Shown here in pieces: positions 16,986-26,935 of a stretch of DNA of 38,253 bases (positions are counted from its first letter, which is position 1; the number at the start of each line of letters is the position of its first letter). Where the stretch lies: positions 1 through 38,253 of the forward strand of contig CAXXMR010000029.1 of assembly GCA_963663805.2 (NCBI GenBank), given 5' to 3'. This stretch comes from Sedimentisphaerales bacterium (lineage in GTDB: Bacteria; Planctomycetota; Phycisphaerae; Sedimentisphaerales; SM23-30). The notes under the pieces are model-generated. The model did not search any database. It saw only the letters and a list, made by a program, of their open reading frames with translations, and was not told the DNA's origin. Made by a program: the position numbers and the translations under genes.

Positions 16986-18710
16986 TCATTGATACTTTTG
17001 TTGTTCCAGGGGTACGTACCACTCATGATAATCCAGACCCAGCTTGTGAATAATCACGTTCTCAAACCGCCGGTCTAAAAAACGCTGCGATGGCCGGGAA
17101 TAAATAAAGGTATAGGGCTGTTCTTCATGCAGAATCTGATGAAACCGATGATAAAGCTTATTGCGATCTTCCTCATCCAGTGTTCGCCGAGCTTCTTCGA
17201 TCAAGGCATCCGCTTCGGAATTTTCAAAACCAACATAATTCGAACCGTGGTCCTTAGCCTGAGACGAATGCCAAATCTGATAAGGGTCTGTTTCGATAGA
17301 ACCACCCCAGGCCAAATTAACGGCTTGGAATTGGCGGTCTCTTAATTTGTCCGTAAATACAGACCATTCGTAGGGGTCGGCCTCAACCTCAATCCCAATT
17401 TGCGCGGCCGAGTCTTTAACAAGTTTTACCATCTGCTCATGCAAAGAAGCGCCGCTGACAATCATATACTTAAATCTGAACGCCACCCCATCCTTATCAC
17501 GGATGCCGTCTCCGTCAGTATCAACCCAACCGGCCTCTTCCAACAATTTTCGCGACTTATCGAGGTCATAAGGCCAGGGTTTGATAGACGGGTCATTCTG
17601 TCTCCCATATACATAAAATGGTCCTGTCGGTATCATACCCGTGCCTTTAAGCAGATACTTAATAACTGATTCCCGATCGACCATATAGGTCATAGCCAGC
17701 CGCACCCGCTTATCCTTGAAAAATGGGGTATCCTGATTCCAGCCAATATAAAAATAACCGCTGCCCGGATTCCAGTAAGACAGGCATTTGAACTGTTTTG
17801 AAAAAACCGGGTCTTCCGATAGCTCCGCGTACTGCTCCGGAAGAGGTCTCATCAAATCAATTTCCCCGGTCTGCATCGCCTGTGTGGCCGCGGTATCGTT
17901 CAGAATCATCCGAAAAACTATTTTCTTAAGATTCGGTTTTTCTCGCCAGTAATCATCATTTCGCCGCAAAACGACTTCGCGTCCCACATCCCATTTTTCA
18001 AAAACGTAAGGACCGCTGCCCACTGGGTTCGAACGGCGTTGATTAAAATCCTCGGCGTCTTCAAACTGATAAATATGTTTGGGCAGAATACCCATACCAC
18101 CGATTATGCTCAGCGACTTGAAATACTTCTGTCGCATCACACAGTGAACCTCACGCTCACTGACCTTCTCTAAACTTTCGACATCATCAAAGTAATTCGC
18201 CAGACTCGCTGCGTCTACTTTCGGGTTCTTGATCGTTTCAAAAGTAAAAACAACATCGTCAGCCGTAATTGGTTTGCCGTCGGAAAAATAAATATCATCC
18301 CGCAACTTGAAAGTCATTTCCAGTCCGTCCTCGGATACTTCATAACTCTCGGCCAGCTTAGGCTTCAGTTCCAGCGTATCAGGGTCGTATTCCAGCATAC
18401 TTTCCAGAATATTATCCAGAATCCACGTTCCCGCCAAATCTCGGCAAACCAGCGGATTCAGAGTCGCAGGCTCTGCTCCTAAACGCCAGACCAGCCAGTC
18501 GCCGTCGTCACCAGGATAACGTTCGACGCTACCAGCCTTTGAAGGAACCCGGCTCGAACCGGCAACCGTAACATTTCCCATCCGTTGTTCAAACTGATTG
18601 AAGCGTTCATAAAGCCGGTCAGACTGAACCATACTTAATATTTGCAGAAGAATCAGAACCGCCAGAAACAAAAATAGAAAAAAAGTGACTATTCCAGATC
18701 GACCATTCAT
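16986..18710 (-). CDS. oppA: Family 5 ABC substrate-binding protein (OppA/AppA type) with N-terminal membrane anchor
   Basis: EPATLNP, LAESYEVSEDG, FSDGKPITADDVVFT, PVGSGPY and FKDKRVRLAM. Confidence 0.9.
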   Translation of the reverse strand: MNGRSGIVTFFLFLFLAVLILLQILSMVQSDRLYERFNQFEQRMGNVTVAGSSRVPSKAGSVERYPGDDGDWLVWRLGAEPATLNPLVCRDLAGTWILDNILESMLEYDPDTLELKPKLAESYEVSEDGLEMTFKLRDDIYFSDGKPITADDVVFTFETIKNPKVDAASLANYFDDVESLEKVSEREVHCVMRQKYFKSLSIIGGMGILPKHIYQFEDAEDFNQRRSNPVGSGPYVFEKWDVGREVVLRRNDDYWREKPNLKKIVFRMILNDTAATQAMQTGEIDLMRPLPEQYAELSEDPVFSKQFKCLSYWNPGSGYFYIGWNQDTPFFKDKRVRLAMTYMVDRESVIKYLLKGTGMIPTGPFYVYGRQNDPSIKPWPYDLDKSRKLLEEAGWVDTDGDGIRDKDGVAFRFKYMIVSGASLHEQMVKLVKDSAAQIGIEVEADPYEWSVFTDKLRDRQFQAVNLAWGGSIETDPYQIWHSSQAKDHGSNYVGFENSEADALIEEARRTLDEEDRNKLYHRFHQILHEEQPYTFIYSRPSQRFLDRRFENVIIHKLGLDYHEWYVPLEQQKYQ

Positions 18711-18793
18711 AATTTAACTATCTCCAATTACGCCGTAAACCGTGTCACAAACCCATGAGCAACAGGCAACTTATCTTTCATCAATCCCAGATT

Positions 18794-19726
18794 TCATTTT
18801 CCTGTTCGCGGGTCAAAGGCATCCCGCAGGCCATCCCCCACAAAATTTAAACATAAAAGCGTCAGCCCCAACATACCGCAAGGGTAAACCAGCAGCCACC
18901 AGAAACTTTGTACTGTATTTACAGCCTTCACTCCGTCGCCGGCAAGTGAACCCCACGTCGGCATAGGTGGCTGGATGCCGATACCGAGAAAACTCAGGAA
19001 CGACTCCTGTAAAATCGCCTGCGGAATGGTCAGGGTGGCGTAAACAATTATCGGACCGATAAGGTTGGGCAGAACATGACGCATGATAATCTTGCAAGTG
19101 GGCAAGCCCAGAGCCCGGGCAGCTTCGATAAAGGGCTGCGATTTTATTGATAACACCTGTCCTCGTATAACTCGGGCCATGGTCAGCCAGCTTACGCCGC
19201 CGATGGCCAGAAACAAAACCATAACATTTGCGGTTCTTTCCGCCGAGCCCGGCAAAGGCTCCAGTATCCCGATTAGAATCGGCTCAAAAGCTATCTTAAG
19301 TAAAATAACCATCAATATGTATGGCAGTCCATAGAGCAAATCGACAAACCGCATCATGAGATTATCGCATCTGCCGCCATACCAGCCGGCGAGGGCTCCC
19401 CAAACGGTACCTATCAGTACAGATATGGTCGCGGCGGCTAAACCGATGCCCAGACTCACCAGCCCGCCAAACATACACCGCCAGAACATGCTCCGGCCCA
19501 GAGTATCGTAGCCGAACCAGCCCCGCCCGGCTGCTATATCAGGGCCCTGGCGATTTAGAGCGAGGTCCTGAACCTGATATTCGTTATAGGACCAAGGTGA
19601 GGCTAAAACGCAACCGACGACAACCAGCATTAAAACCACCAGTGCACCCACGCCAGCACGATTGCGTGTGAAGCGCCGCCAGATTTGGCCGGTTGGACTT
19701 AATGATTGTCGTTTGTTAATTTGCAT
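18794..19726 (-). CDS. Second OppC-type ABC permease
   Basis: WFGYDTLGR, ARVIRGQVLS, FIEAARALG and ESFLSFLGIG. Confidence 0.9.
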   Translation of the reverse strand: MQINKRQSLSPTGQIWRRFTRNRAGVGALVVLMLVVVGCVLASPWSYNEYQVQDLALNRQGPDIAAGRGWFGYDTLGRSMFWRCMFGGLVSLGIGLAAATISVLIGTVWGALAGWYGGRCDNLMMRFVDLLYGLPYILMVILLKIAFEPILIGILEPLPGSAERTANVMVLFLAIGGVSWLTMARVIRGQVLSIKSQPFIEAARALGLPTCKIIMRHVLPNLIGPIIVYATLTIPQAILQESFLSFLGIGIQPPMPTWGSLAGDGVKAVNTVQSFWWLLVYPCGMLGLTLLCLNFVGDGLRDAFDPRTGK

Positions 19727-19743
19727 GTTCTTCTCAGGCTAAA

Positions 19744-21150
19744 TCAGGGCAACAATGCCTCATCAAGCGAAAACGGTACTTTTACAATATCTTTCGAGAT
19801 AACAACCTCAATTTCACATTTATCATCACGGGCAATCATGTCATTAAAATCATAGGAATAATTATCACCCCATCCCCCACCGCCGCGACTGCTGCGTTCA
19901 TTGCCCTCCTTGCTGAATATGGCCAGAGCGACAATGCTGTCGTGGCCGCCATCAACGCTAATATCAAGTCGGGCACCTTGGACAGCCTTTATTTTGAAAT
20001 TGAGCTTATCGAGCGTTTCTTTACCGGTGCTGTCCTTGCCAGCCAGGTCGTAAAGATTCTCTAAAACGACCTTCTCGGTTTTAACACTCTTAACTACCGA
20101 ACAATACCCCTGAATATTTAACAGTTTCCGGGACTTGGTATCTGGAACCTTTGTTTTGACTTCAATTATCTGGCTTTGTGAATTAGTATGAAATTCCCTA
20201 AAACTTTCATAATTATCCTCAACAAGGTCTTTACCCTGATCATCCTGAATACTCTGAAGTACCGGGACATTGTAACCATAAGGAGTAATCTCTTTGGGCC
20301 AGGAAACTTTGACACCTACCTTCATATCAGACATTTCCGGCCCAGAATCACCTTCCAGCATGATTTTTTTATTCATTGATATAGAAACTACCTCAGCCTG
20401 CAAGTCGCCATTAGATTCAGCAGTAAGATTTATGGGAAAAATCGTATCTTTGTTCGCTATCGAATCGTTCTTTAAGGGGGGGGGGGGGGGGGGGGGGGGC
20501 AAACTAAATTTCAAAGCGGAAGCATCGAATATCACATAACCATTACCTTTGTCTTCGCTTTCGACAAATTTACAAGTACGGGCTAAACCATCCTTGTTCC
20601 GTAAATCTGTCACCCAACTCACAACGTGGTTAGACGAATAACCGTTGGTCTTCTCTATCTTGGTGGGAATAACCAGCGACCTTTTCACATGCAGGCCTTT
20701 GGCCAGACCATAAAGTTTTTGGGGTTCAGGACCGTTACCGCTGAAATCCCAGGTTTTGCAATATATCACGGCCTGCCCCTGCGCCGTCTGAGACAAACGC
20801 AGGCTTAAAGTCTTCTGACAATAATCCGACAGGAAAAATTGCTCCGGTGAATTGAAAGTGCCCTCCATTTCAATTATTCGCGAACCGTCAGGCTGGTCAG
20901 TTACAACCAGTTTGGAAATTTCAAGTGCGGAATCTATTGTTTCACGCATTTCTTCTTCGCTAAGCGGAGGAGCGTTTTTATCAACTTCGCCGTCTGAGGC
21001 AGCGACAAGAAGCCTCTCCGTAAAGTGTAGCTTTTGATGTACCGAACCGCTGCCATCGGTATTCAGGACGATTACAGCCTCATCTTCATAACAACCAGCC
21101 AAAATAAACATACAACATAACATGGACAGAATTATACGAATTTTCATCAT
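19744..21150 (-). CDS. Hypothetical lipoprotein (LppM/DUF3153-like N-terminus) with a poly-Pro linker from a G24 tract
   Basis: Lipobox ILAGC followed by VIVLNTDGSG. A 468-aa ORF that looks more AT-rich than its neighbours. Confidence 0.7.
   Translation of the reverse strand: MMKIRIILSMLCCMFILAGCYEDEAVIVLNTDGSGSVHQKLHFTERLLVAASDGEVDKNAPPLSEEEMRETIDSALEISKLVVTDQPDGSRIIEMEGTFNSPEQFFLSDYCQKTLSLRLSQTAQGQAVIYCKTWDFSGNGPEPQKLYGLAKGLHVKRSLVIPTKIEKTNGYSSNHVVSWVTDLRNKDGLARTCKFVESEDKGNGYVIFDASALKFSLPPPPPPPPLKNDSIANKDTIFPINLTAESNGDLQAEVVSISMNKKIMLEGDSGPEMSDMKVGVKVSWPKEITPYGYNVPVLQSIQDDQGKDLVEDNYESFREFHTNSQSQIIEVKTKVPDTKSRKLLNIQGYCSVVKSVKTEKVVLENLYDLAGKDSTGKETLDKLNFKIKAVQGARLDISVDGGHDSIVALAIFSKEGNERSSRGGGGWGDNYSYDFNDMIARDDKCEIEVVISKDIVKVPFSLDEALLP
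20476..20499. repeat. G24 homopolymer (C24 on the coding strand, Pro8)
   Basis: Read directly. Confidence 0.9.
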
Positions 21151-21180
21151 TTTAAGCTCTCCATTTCCGTGTTTACATTA

Positions 21181-22134
21181 TCAACTTTCCAACTGAATCC
21201 GTGGGTCAACAACTGAATAAAGCAAATCGACCAGCAGGTTAAAAAATACTATCACCGTTGAATATACTAATACGGTCGCCAATATCATGGCCCGGTCGCG
21301 GTTGAGTACGCCGGCGACGAAATGCTGGCCCATGCCGGGGATATTGAAAATCTGCTCGACAACGAACGAACCCGTCAACGCGGAAGCACAGGCGGGACCG
21401 AGAAAGCTCAGCACCGGCAGAAAAGCGTTCTTGAGGGCGTGTTTCCAGATTACCATGCGTTCACATAAACCTTTGGCCCGGGCGGTACGGATATAATCAC
21501 TGCCCAGGACATCGAGCATACCCAAACGTGTCAGGCGGGCAATATAGGCCATATAGGGCAGCGAAAGGGTTAAAGCGGGCAGCCAGACCTGCGACAAACT
21601 GCCCCAGCCCCCTACCGGCAGCCAGCCGAGTTTGATTACAAACAAAACCATCAAAGCGGTACCAGTGACAAATGTCGGCAACGATATACCTATCAGCGCC
21701 AAAGCCAGCGAGCTGTAATCAAACCAGCTATGCCGTTTGACCGCCCCCATCACTCCGATGGGTATGCCGCCCCAGACAGCCAGCAGCATCGCCGCCAGAC
21801 CGAGACTGACCGAAACCGGCAAGGCTGTCCCTATAATTTGATTACACGTCCAGTCGCGATATTGCCAGCTCGGCCCTAAATCCACCAGCGGCCCTTCGCC
21901 TTTCCAGGCCTGCACCGGATTGAAAAGCCCCGCCAGATAATCACGATAAAAAGCCCAGTTGTCATCGACCTTATACTGGGCCATCACCGCTCGTTCGACA
22001 TCGGCGTTCATATTGCGTTCGCTGTCCTGAAACGGATTGCCGGGCACACAAACCGCCATCAAAAACGTAAGCGTATATATCCCCCACAGTATAAACGGTA
22101 TCGCCAGCAGTCTGTAACCCACATAACGCCACAT
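21181..22134 (-). CDS. Second OppB-type ABC permease
   Basis: VPGNPF, DLGPSW, DYIRTARAKGL, HALKNA and VEQIFNIPGMG. Confidence 0.9.
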   Translation of the reverse strand: MWRYVGYRLLAIPFILWGIYTLTFLMAVCVPGNPFQDSERNMNADVERAVMAQYKVDDNWAFYRDYLAGLFNPVQAWKGEGPLVDLGPSWQYRDWTCNQIIGTALPVSVSLGLAAMLLAVWGGIPIGVMGAVKRHSWFDYSSLALALIGISLPTFVTGTALMVLFVIKLGWLPVGGWGSLSQVWLPALTLSLPYMAYIARLTRLGMLDVLGSDYIRTARAKGLCERMVIWKHALKNAFLPVLSFLGPACASALTGSFVVEQIFNIPGMGQHFVAGVLNRDRAMILATVLVYSTVIVFFNLLVDLLYSVVDPRIQLES

Positions 22135-22137
22135 GAT

Positions 22138-22686
22138 TCAGTATTCAACCCCCTGCCGGGCAGGTGTGCCCTGTGTGAACGGATGTTTCACTTCTTCCAT
22201 TTTCGTGACGAGGTCGGCGTATTCCAGCAGTTTAGCTGGCGCCCCCCTGCCGGTCAGAACCAGCTCGGTATGTTCAGCCTTGCCTTCGACAATCCTGATT
22301 ACCTGCCCCAAATCAACCAGCTTCATATCCAGACAAACCAGCAGTTCATCCAGAACAATCAAATCATATTCCCCGTCGGCTGCCAACATTTCAATTTCCC
22401 TGAGCTTGCTCGCGATTTCACCGCGCATCTGCCAGACCTGCTCGCTGTCAGACGCTGCCGCAACCATGTCCCAGTTTGCCGCCAACCGTTCAAATCGAAG
22501 CATATCCCCCTGCCTTTGAGCAAAAGTCGCTTCGCCTGTTTCTTTATCAGCGGGCTTTAGAAACTGGCAAACATAAACCTTGCCGCCCCAACCCAGCATC
22601 CGCCAGCAAAGCCCCAAAGCCGCGGTGGTCTTGCCCTTGCCGGTACCGGTATAAATCTGTATCAAACCTTTAGGTAATATATTCAA
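22138..22686 (-). CDS. cobO: Cob(I)yrinic acid a,c-diamide adenosyltransferase (CobO/BtuR family)
   Basis: GLIQIYTGTGKGKTTAALG, YDLIVLDE, ELVLTGRGAP and ADLVT..KHPF..ARQGVEY. Confidence 0.92.
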   Translation of the reverse strand: MNILPKGLIQIYTGTGKGKTTAALGLCWRMLGWGGKVYVCQFLKPADKETGEATFAQRQGDMLRFERLAANWDMVAAASDSEQVWQMRGEIASKLREIEMLAADGEYDLIVLDELLVCLDMKLVDLGQVIRIVEGKAEHTELVLTGRGAPAKLLEYADLVTKMEEVKHPFTQGTPARQGVEY

Positions 22687-22701
22687 AACTACAGGTGTCC
22701 C

Positions 22702-23334
22702 TTATTGCATATACTCATGGAGCAGTCTATCAAATTCCTCAGCCTTACCTTCACGCAGCATCTTCAAGGCACCGGCATCAGCGAAGGCCTCGAGTTTTTC
22801 AGCCCGGCGTTTCTGGTCGCCCGGATAAACCAGCTTCAAACGCTCACGCAGCCTGCCCAGAGCATCCAGATAAACCACATAATTATCATCGAACTGTTCT
22901 TCCAGCTGCTGACGTATCCGCCGGGCTTCTGCCGGACTGGTGCCCGAAGTTGAAACCGCTATCTGTAACGGACCGCGTGAAACAACCGCTGGCACCTGAA
23001 AACTGCACAGCGGAGTTTCGTCAACCACGTTGCAGAAAACCCCCCGCTGATTAGCTTCGGTAAATATCATCGCCCCGACCCGTCGGTCGCCACAGGCGGC
23101 AATCACCAAAGACGCACCAGCCAGGTCGCCCATTCGATAAACTCGCGGCTCATATGTAAACCGTTTCTGCTCAAGTAGTTCTGTCAGTCGCTCGGTCAAA
23201 TCCGGGCTAACCACATGCACCGCGGCCCCACAATCCAACAGCGAAGTTACCTTACGCTCAGCGATTTTACCGCCCCCGATAACGACCACTCGCCTGCTCT
23301 CCAGATTCGCGAATAATGGATATAATTTAGCCAT
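22702..23334 (-). CDS. sirC: Precorrin-2 dehydrogenase/sirohydrochlorin ferrochelatase (SirC/CysG N-terminal type)
   Basis: YPLFANLESRRVVVIGGGKIAERK, CNVVD..CSF..PAVV.RGPLQIAVSTSGTSP. Start 23334 was chosen by RBS; 23370 is possible. Confidence 0.88.
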   Translation of the reverse strand: MAKLYPLFANLESRRVVVIGGGKIAERKVTSLLDCGAAVHVVSPDLTERLTELLEQKRFTYEPRVYRMGDLAGASLVIAACGDRRVGAMIFTEANQRGVFCNVVDETPLCSFQVPAVVSRGPLQIAVSTSGTSPAEARRIRQQLEEQFDDNYVVYLDALGRLRERLKLVYPGDQKRRAEKLEAFADAGALKMLREGKAEEFDRLLHEYMQ

Positions 23335-23420
23335 GGCAATTCTTCCTTGAATTTTCATACTGTTGGTCATTATTCTATAGGCCGTGACTGTTGCTGTCTA
23401 ACCAAATCGGAGATAGGCAA

Positions 23421-24074
23421 ATGACCGTAGAAATACGATGGATTAACCATGCGAGTTTTAGGCTAACTTGCGACAAAACTGTGATTTACATCGACCCATG
23501 GAAGATTCCCCAGACTCCGCATGACGCGACGTATATCCTTGTCAGCCATAGCCATTACGACCATCTGAGTATCCCGGATGTCGACAAGGTTTCGACACCG
23601 CAGACCAGAATTGTCGCCCCGAAAGATGTCACCGACCCGCTCGGTCGAGGTGATATTCTCCTGCCCGGCGGGAAAATTCAGCTCGGAAATATCACCGTCG
23701 AAGGGGTTGCCGCGTATAATCCCGCCAAAAAATTCCACCCCAAGGCCAACAACTGGCTCGGTTTTATTATCAATCTGGACGGCCTGCGAATTTATTATGC
23801 CGGCGATACCGACCTGACCGACGAGATGAAGGTCCTGAAAAATATCGACCTGGCCCTCATGCCCGTGGGCGGCACTTACACCTTCAACGCTGAAGAAGCC
23901 GCCGAAGCCCTGACATACTTCAAACCCGCCAGGGCTATTCCCTATCATTACGGAGACATCGTAGGCGAACCCGCCGACGCTCAGATTTTCGCCGAGAAAG
24001 CACCGCGCAAGGTTACTATTCTCAAGCCCGGCCAATCATGCAAGCTGGAAAAAACGACCGCAGAAAATTCGTAA
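23421..24074 (+). CDS. MBL-fold metallo-hydrolase (UPF0173/UlaG-like)
   Basis: WINHASF, IYIDPW, SHSHYDHL, YYAGDT and AIPYHYG. Confidence 0.88.
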   Translation: MTVEIRWINHASFRLTCDKTVIYIDPWKIPQTPHDATYILVSHSHYDHLSIPDVDKVSTPQTRIVAPKDVTDPLGRGDILLPGGKIQLGNITVEGVAAYNPAKKFHPKANNWLGFIINLDGLRIYYAGDTDLTDEMKVLKNIDLALMPVGGTYTFNAEEAAEALTYFKPARAIPYHYGDIVGEPADAQIFAEKAPRKVTILKPGQSCKLEKTTAENS

Positions 24075-24201
<127 letters not shown>

Positions 24202-24209
24202 TAAATATT

Positions 24210-24944
24210 ATGATTAAACTCCTTACCTTGTTGACAGTTCTGGCCCTGACTAATTTTATTACTTCCTGCACCGCCGAGGACAAAATGATTACCGTAAACT
24301 CATATCACATCACCGAAGATTTCACCCCCGACGCTCAACCCGAAAAAGCCGTATGGCAAAACGCCAAATCATCCTACACCATCGACACCGACTGGCAGGG
24401 CAAAGAAAAATCCCCCGAACTTACCACAACCGTCAAATCGCTGTGGTCGGATACTTACCTGTATTTGCTCTATGAAGCAAAATTCGATGTGCTGGCTGTA
24501 AATAAAGAAATCCAACCGGACGAAAACGACGACTGCTACAATATCTGGAATTACGATGTCGCGGAAATTTTTATCGGCGATAATCCCGACATTAAGAAAT
24601 ATTTCGAGTTTGTCGTCTCGCCTATCAACCAGAAAATAGACATCTGCCACGACCGCAATCTGCCCGGTTCCGAAGGAGCCGACCTGCCCTGGTCCTCCGG
24701 CTGGTCGATTGCCTGCAAGATCGATGAAGAAAAAAAAATCTGGTACGCCGAATTCCGCATCCCCCTCAAAGCCATCAGTGTTCAACCCATCGCCGCGGGC
24801 AAGGAATACCGTGCCAACCTCTTCCGCTGTGCCCACGATACCGGCGACCGCAAATATCTGGCCCTGAACCCTACCCATACCGATAGACCGAACTACCACG
24901 TGCCCGAAAAATTCGGACGACTCAAACTGGTAACCGGCGAGTGA
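24210..24944 (+). CDS. CBM9-like carbohydrate-binding family exported protein (probable lipoprotein)
   Basis: Signal ending ITSC; TTVKSLWSDTYLYL, DVAEIFI, YFEFVVSP, WYAEFRIPL and YHVPEKFGRL. Confidence 0.75.
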   Translation: MIKLLTLLTVLALTNFITSCTAEDKMITVNSYHITEDFTPDAQPEKAVWQNAKSSYTIDTDWQGKEKSPELTTTVKSLWSDTYLYLLYEAKFDVLAVNKEIQPDENDDCYNIWNYDVAEIFIGDNPDIKKYFEFVVSPINQKIDICHDRNLPGSEGADLPWSSGWSIACKIDEEKKIWYAEFRIPLKAISVQPIAAGKEYRANLFRCAHDTGDRKYLALNPTHTDRPNYHVPEKFGRLKLVTGE

Positions 24945-25006
24945 ATCACACGGCAAACTCGCTTAAAACCAGTGGAATAAAAACCGGCAAAATCACTTTT
25001 TTTTGT

Positions 25007-25035
25007 TTGACAATGACAGATGTGGTAATTAGCAT
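25007..25035 (+). promoter_or_regulatory. Sigma70-type promoter upstream of the kinase
   Basis: TTGACA (25007-25012), 17 nt spacer, TAGCAT (25030-25035). Confidence 0.55.
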
Positions 25036-25048
25036 TTGCAATCAGCCT

Positions 25049-26044
25049 ATGACTAAAAATCGCATATTCCGAATCGGTGTGATAGTTGCCCTCCTTCTGG
25101 GGGTGTCCCTAGCCACTTATTATTTTCACGCCATTCTTAAAATTGGCACGTTTTTTACCCATTTGTTCTATATTCCTATTATTCTGGCATCGCTGTGGTG
25201 GAGAAAATTTGGAGTTGTCATCGCGATAATTCTGGCATTGATGCTGTTGTTGAGCCATTATTTTATCCAGAACGGCGATTTCACCCATGCTAATTACTAT
25301 CGAGCCGGTATGTTTTTATTCATTGCGGTCATGGTATCCACAATCAGTGAAAGGTACGCACGAGCTCAGGACAGAAATCTGGCCTATCAGAACCAGCTGC
25401 GCTCTCTGGCATCGGAGTTGGCGGTGGTCGAGGAACGGGAAAGACGGGATGTGGCGGTAAAAATTCATGATATTTTCGGCCAGGAACTGAGTTTAATCAG
25501 GATAAAGCTGGAGGAGCTGAAAAATTCCTGCACCGCACCTGAACAAACAACCGAACTGGACAATATCAGCGCCCGGCTGAAAGAGAATATCAAGAAGATG
25601 AGGGGCATGACGTTTGAATTATGTTCGCCGACTCTTTATGAATTAGGGTTTGAAAAGGCGATATATGAATGGCTGACAGAGCATATAGAGAAAGAACAGG
25701 GCATTGAAGTAGAGTTTGAAGCTCCTGAAAACAGTGAACTTCTGGAAGAAAATGTCAATGTGATTTTATATCGCGTGGCAAGGGAGCTTCTGGTAAACGT
25801 AATCAAACACGCTCAGGCAAGTAAGGTCAAAGTTGCCGTGGTTCGCGATAACAGAAATATTTATGTGAAAGTTGAGGATAACGGCAAAGGCTTTGATTTA
25901 GCCGAGGTCGGACGGAAAAGGATTCAAAAAGGAGGATTGGGACTTTTCAGTGTTCGGGAACGAATAGAATATTTCGGAGGCAAGGTTGAAATTGATTCGC
26001 GTGCGGGACAGGGAACACGAATAAACATCACACTGCCGATTTAA
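25049..26044 (+). CDS. Membrane sensor histidine kinase, HisKA_3 (NarX/UhpB) type
   Basis: Four TM segments; EERERRDVAVKIHDIFGQEL, ELLVNVIKHAQA, VEDNGKGF and GGLGLFSVRER. The start was moved downstream of the promoter and is uncertain. Confidence 0.85.
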   Translation: MTKNRIFRIGVIVALLLGVSLATYYFHAILKIGTFFTHLFYIPIILASLWWRKFGVVIAIILALMLLLSHYFIQNGDFTHANYYRAGMFLFIAVMVSTISERYARAQDRNLAYQNQLRSLASELAVVEERERRDVAVKIHDIFGQELSLIRIKLEELKNSCTAPEQTTELDNISARLKENIKKMRGMTFELCSPTLYELGFEKAIYEWLTEHIEKEQGIEVEFEAPENSELLEENVNVILYRVARELLVNVIKHAQASKVKVAVVRDNRNIYVKVEDNGKGFDLAEVGRKRIQKGGLGLFSVRERIEYFGGKVEIDSRAGQGTRINITLPI

Positions 26045-26072
26045 CACAACTGATACTATCAGGCAGGTTACA

Positions 26073-26723
26073 ATGAATATTAAAATCGTAATAGCTGACG
26101 ACCATCCTATCATGCGGCAGGGACTGCGTTATTTAATTGAAAAGCAGCCGGACATGGAAATTGCCGGCGAAGCCGAGAACGGCCAGCTGGCGGTAGAACT
26201 GGCTGAAAAACATCGGCCTGATGTCGTGATAATGGATATTTCGATGCCCGAATTAAATGGTATCGAGGCTGCGGCAAAGATTGTGGGCAAGATGGCAAAC
26301 GTAAAGGTCCTGGCCTTATCGATGCACTCGGGGCGTGAATTTGTTCTGAAAGCGCTTAACAGCGGGGTATCGGGCTATATCCTCAAAGAAAGCCTGCCGG
26401 AGGAGCTGGTCAAGGCGATACGCCTGATCGCAACCGACAAAAACTATCTCGACCCGGAAATCGCGGGCATTGCCATGGAGCAGCAAAGCTGGAAGAAAAC
26501 CTGTTCAGCAAATTCTTCTGTTAAGTCATTGACAAATAGAGAAACCGAAGTCCTGCAACTGCTGGCCGAAGGAAAAACCACCAAGGAAATCGCAGCTCAA
26601 CTTTATGTCAGCACCAAAACCATCGATACCCATCGGCGGCAAATTATGGCCAAACTGGACCTGCACAGTCTGGCGGATCTGACAAAATATGCTATCAAAA
26701 CAGGATTGACCTCTCTGGGATAA
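26073..26723 (+). CDS. NarL/LuxR-family response regulator
   Basis: IVIADDHPIMRQGL, MDISMPELNG and LTNRETEVLQLLAEGKTTKEIA..STKTIDTHR. Confidence 0.93.
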   Translation: MNIKIVIADDHPIMRQGLRYLIEKQPDMEIAGEAENGQLAVELAEKHRPDVVIMDISMPELNGIEAAAKIVGKMANVKVLALSMHSGREFVLKALNSGVSGYILKESLPEELVKAIRLIATDKNYLDPEIAGIAMEQQSWKKTCSANSSVKSLTNRETEVLQLLAEGKTTKEIAAQLYVSTKTIDTHRRQIMAKLDLHSLADLTKYAIKTGLTSLG

Positions 26724-26935
26724 ATCCATTTGCCTCATTTCTGCTATTATTAGCCGCTTTTCCACAATCCCCCCTTCTGTCTCAACTCATTCTGAGGCTA
26801 AGGTCTCATCCTTTGGCTGATACAAAATCAGCAATAAAAACCTGTTTTTGCGCATATTATTGGCCGATGGTCAGATTATTGGTCAGCCGGAAAGTATTTC
26901 GGCAAGGAAGTCTAACGTTATTTTAGGAGAGTGAG

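Noticed and set aside
23334..23421. Cobalamin riboswitch upstream of sirC-cobO
   Set aside because: The intergenic gap is under 90 bp and lacks B12-box motifs.
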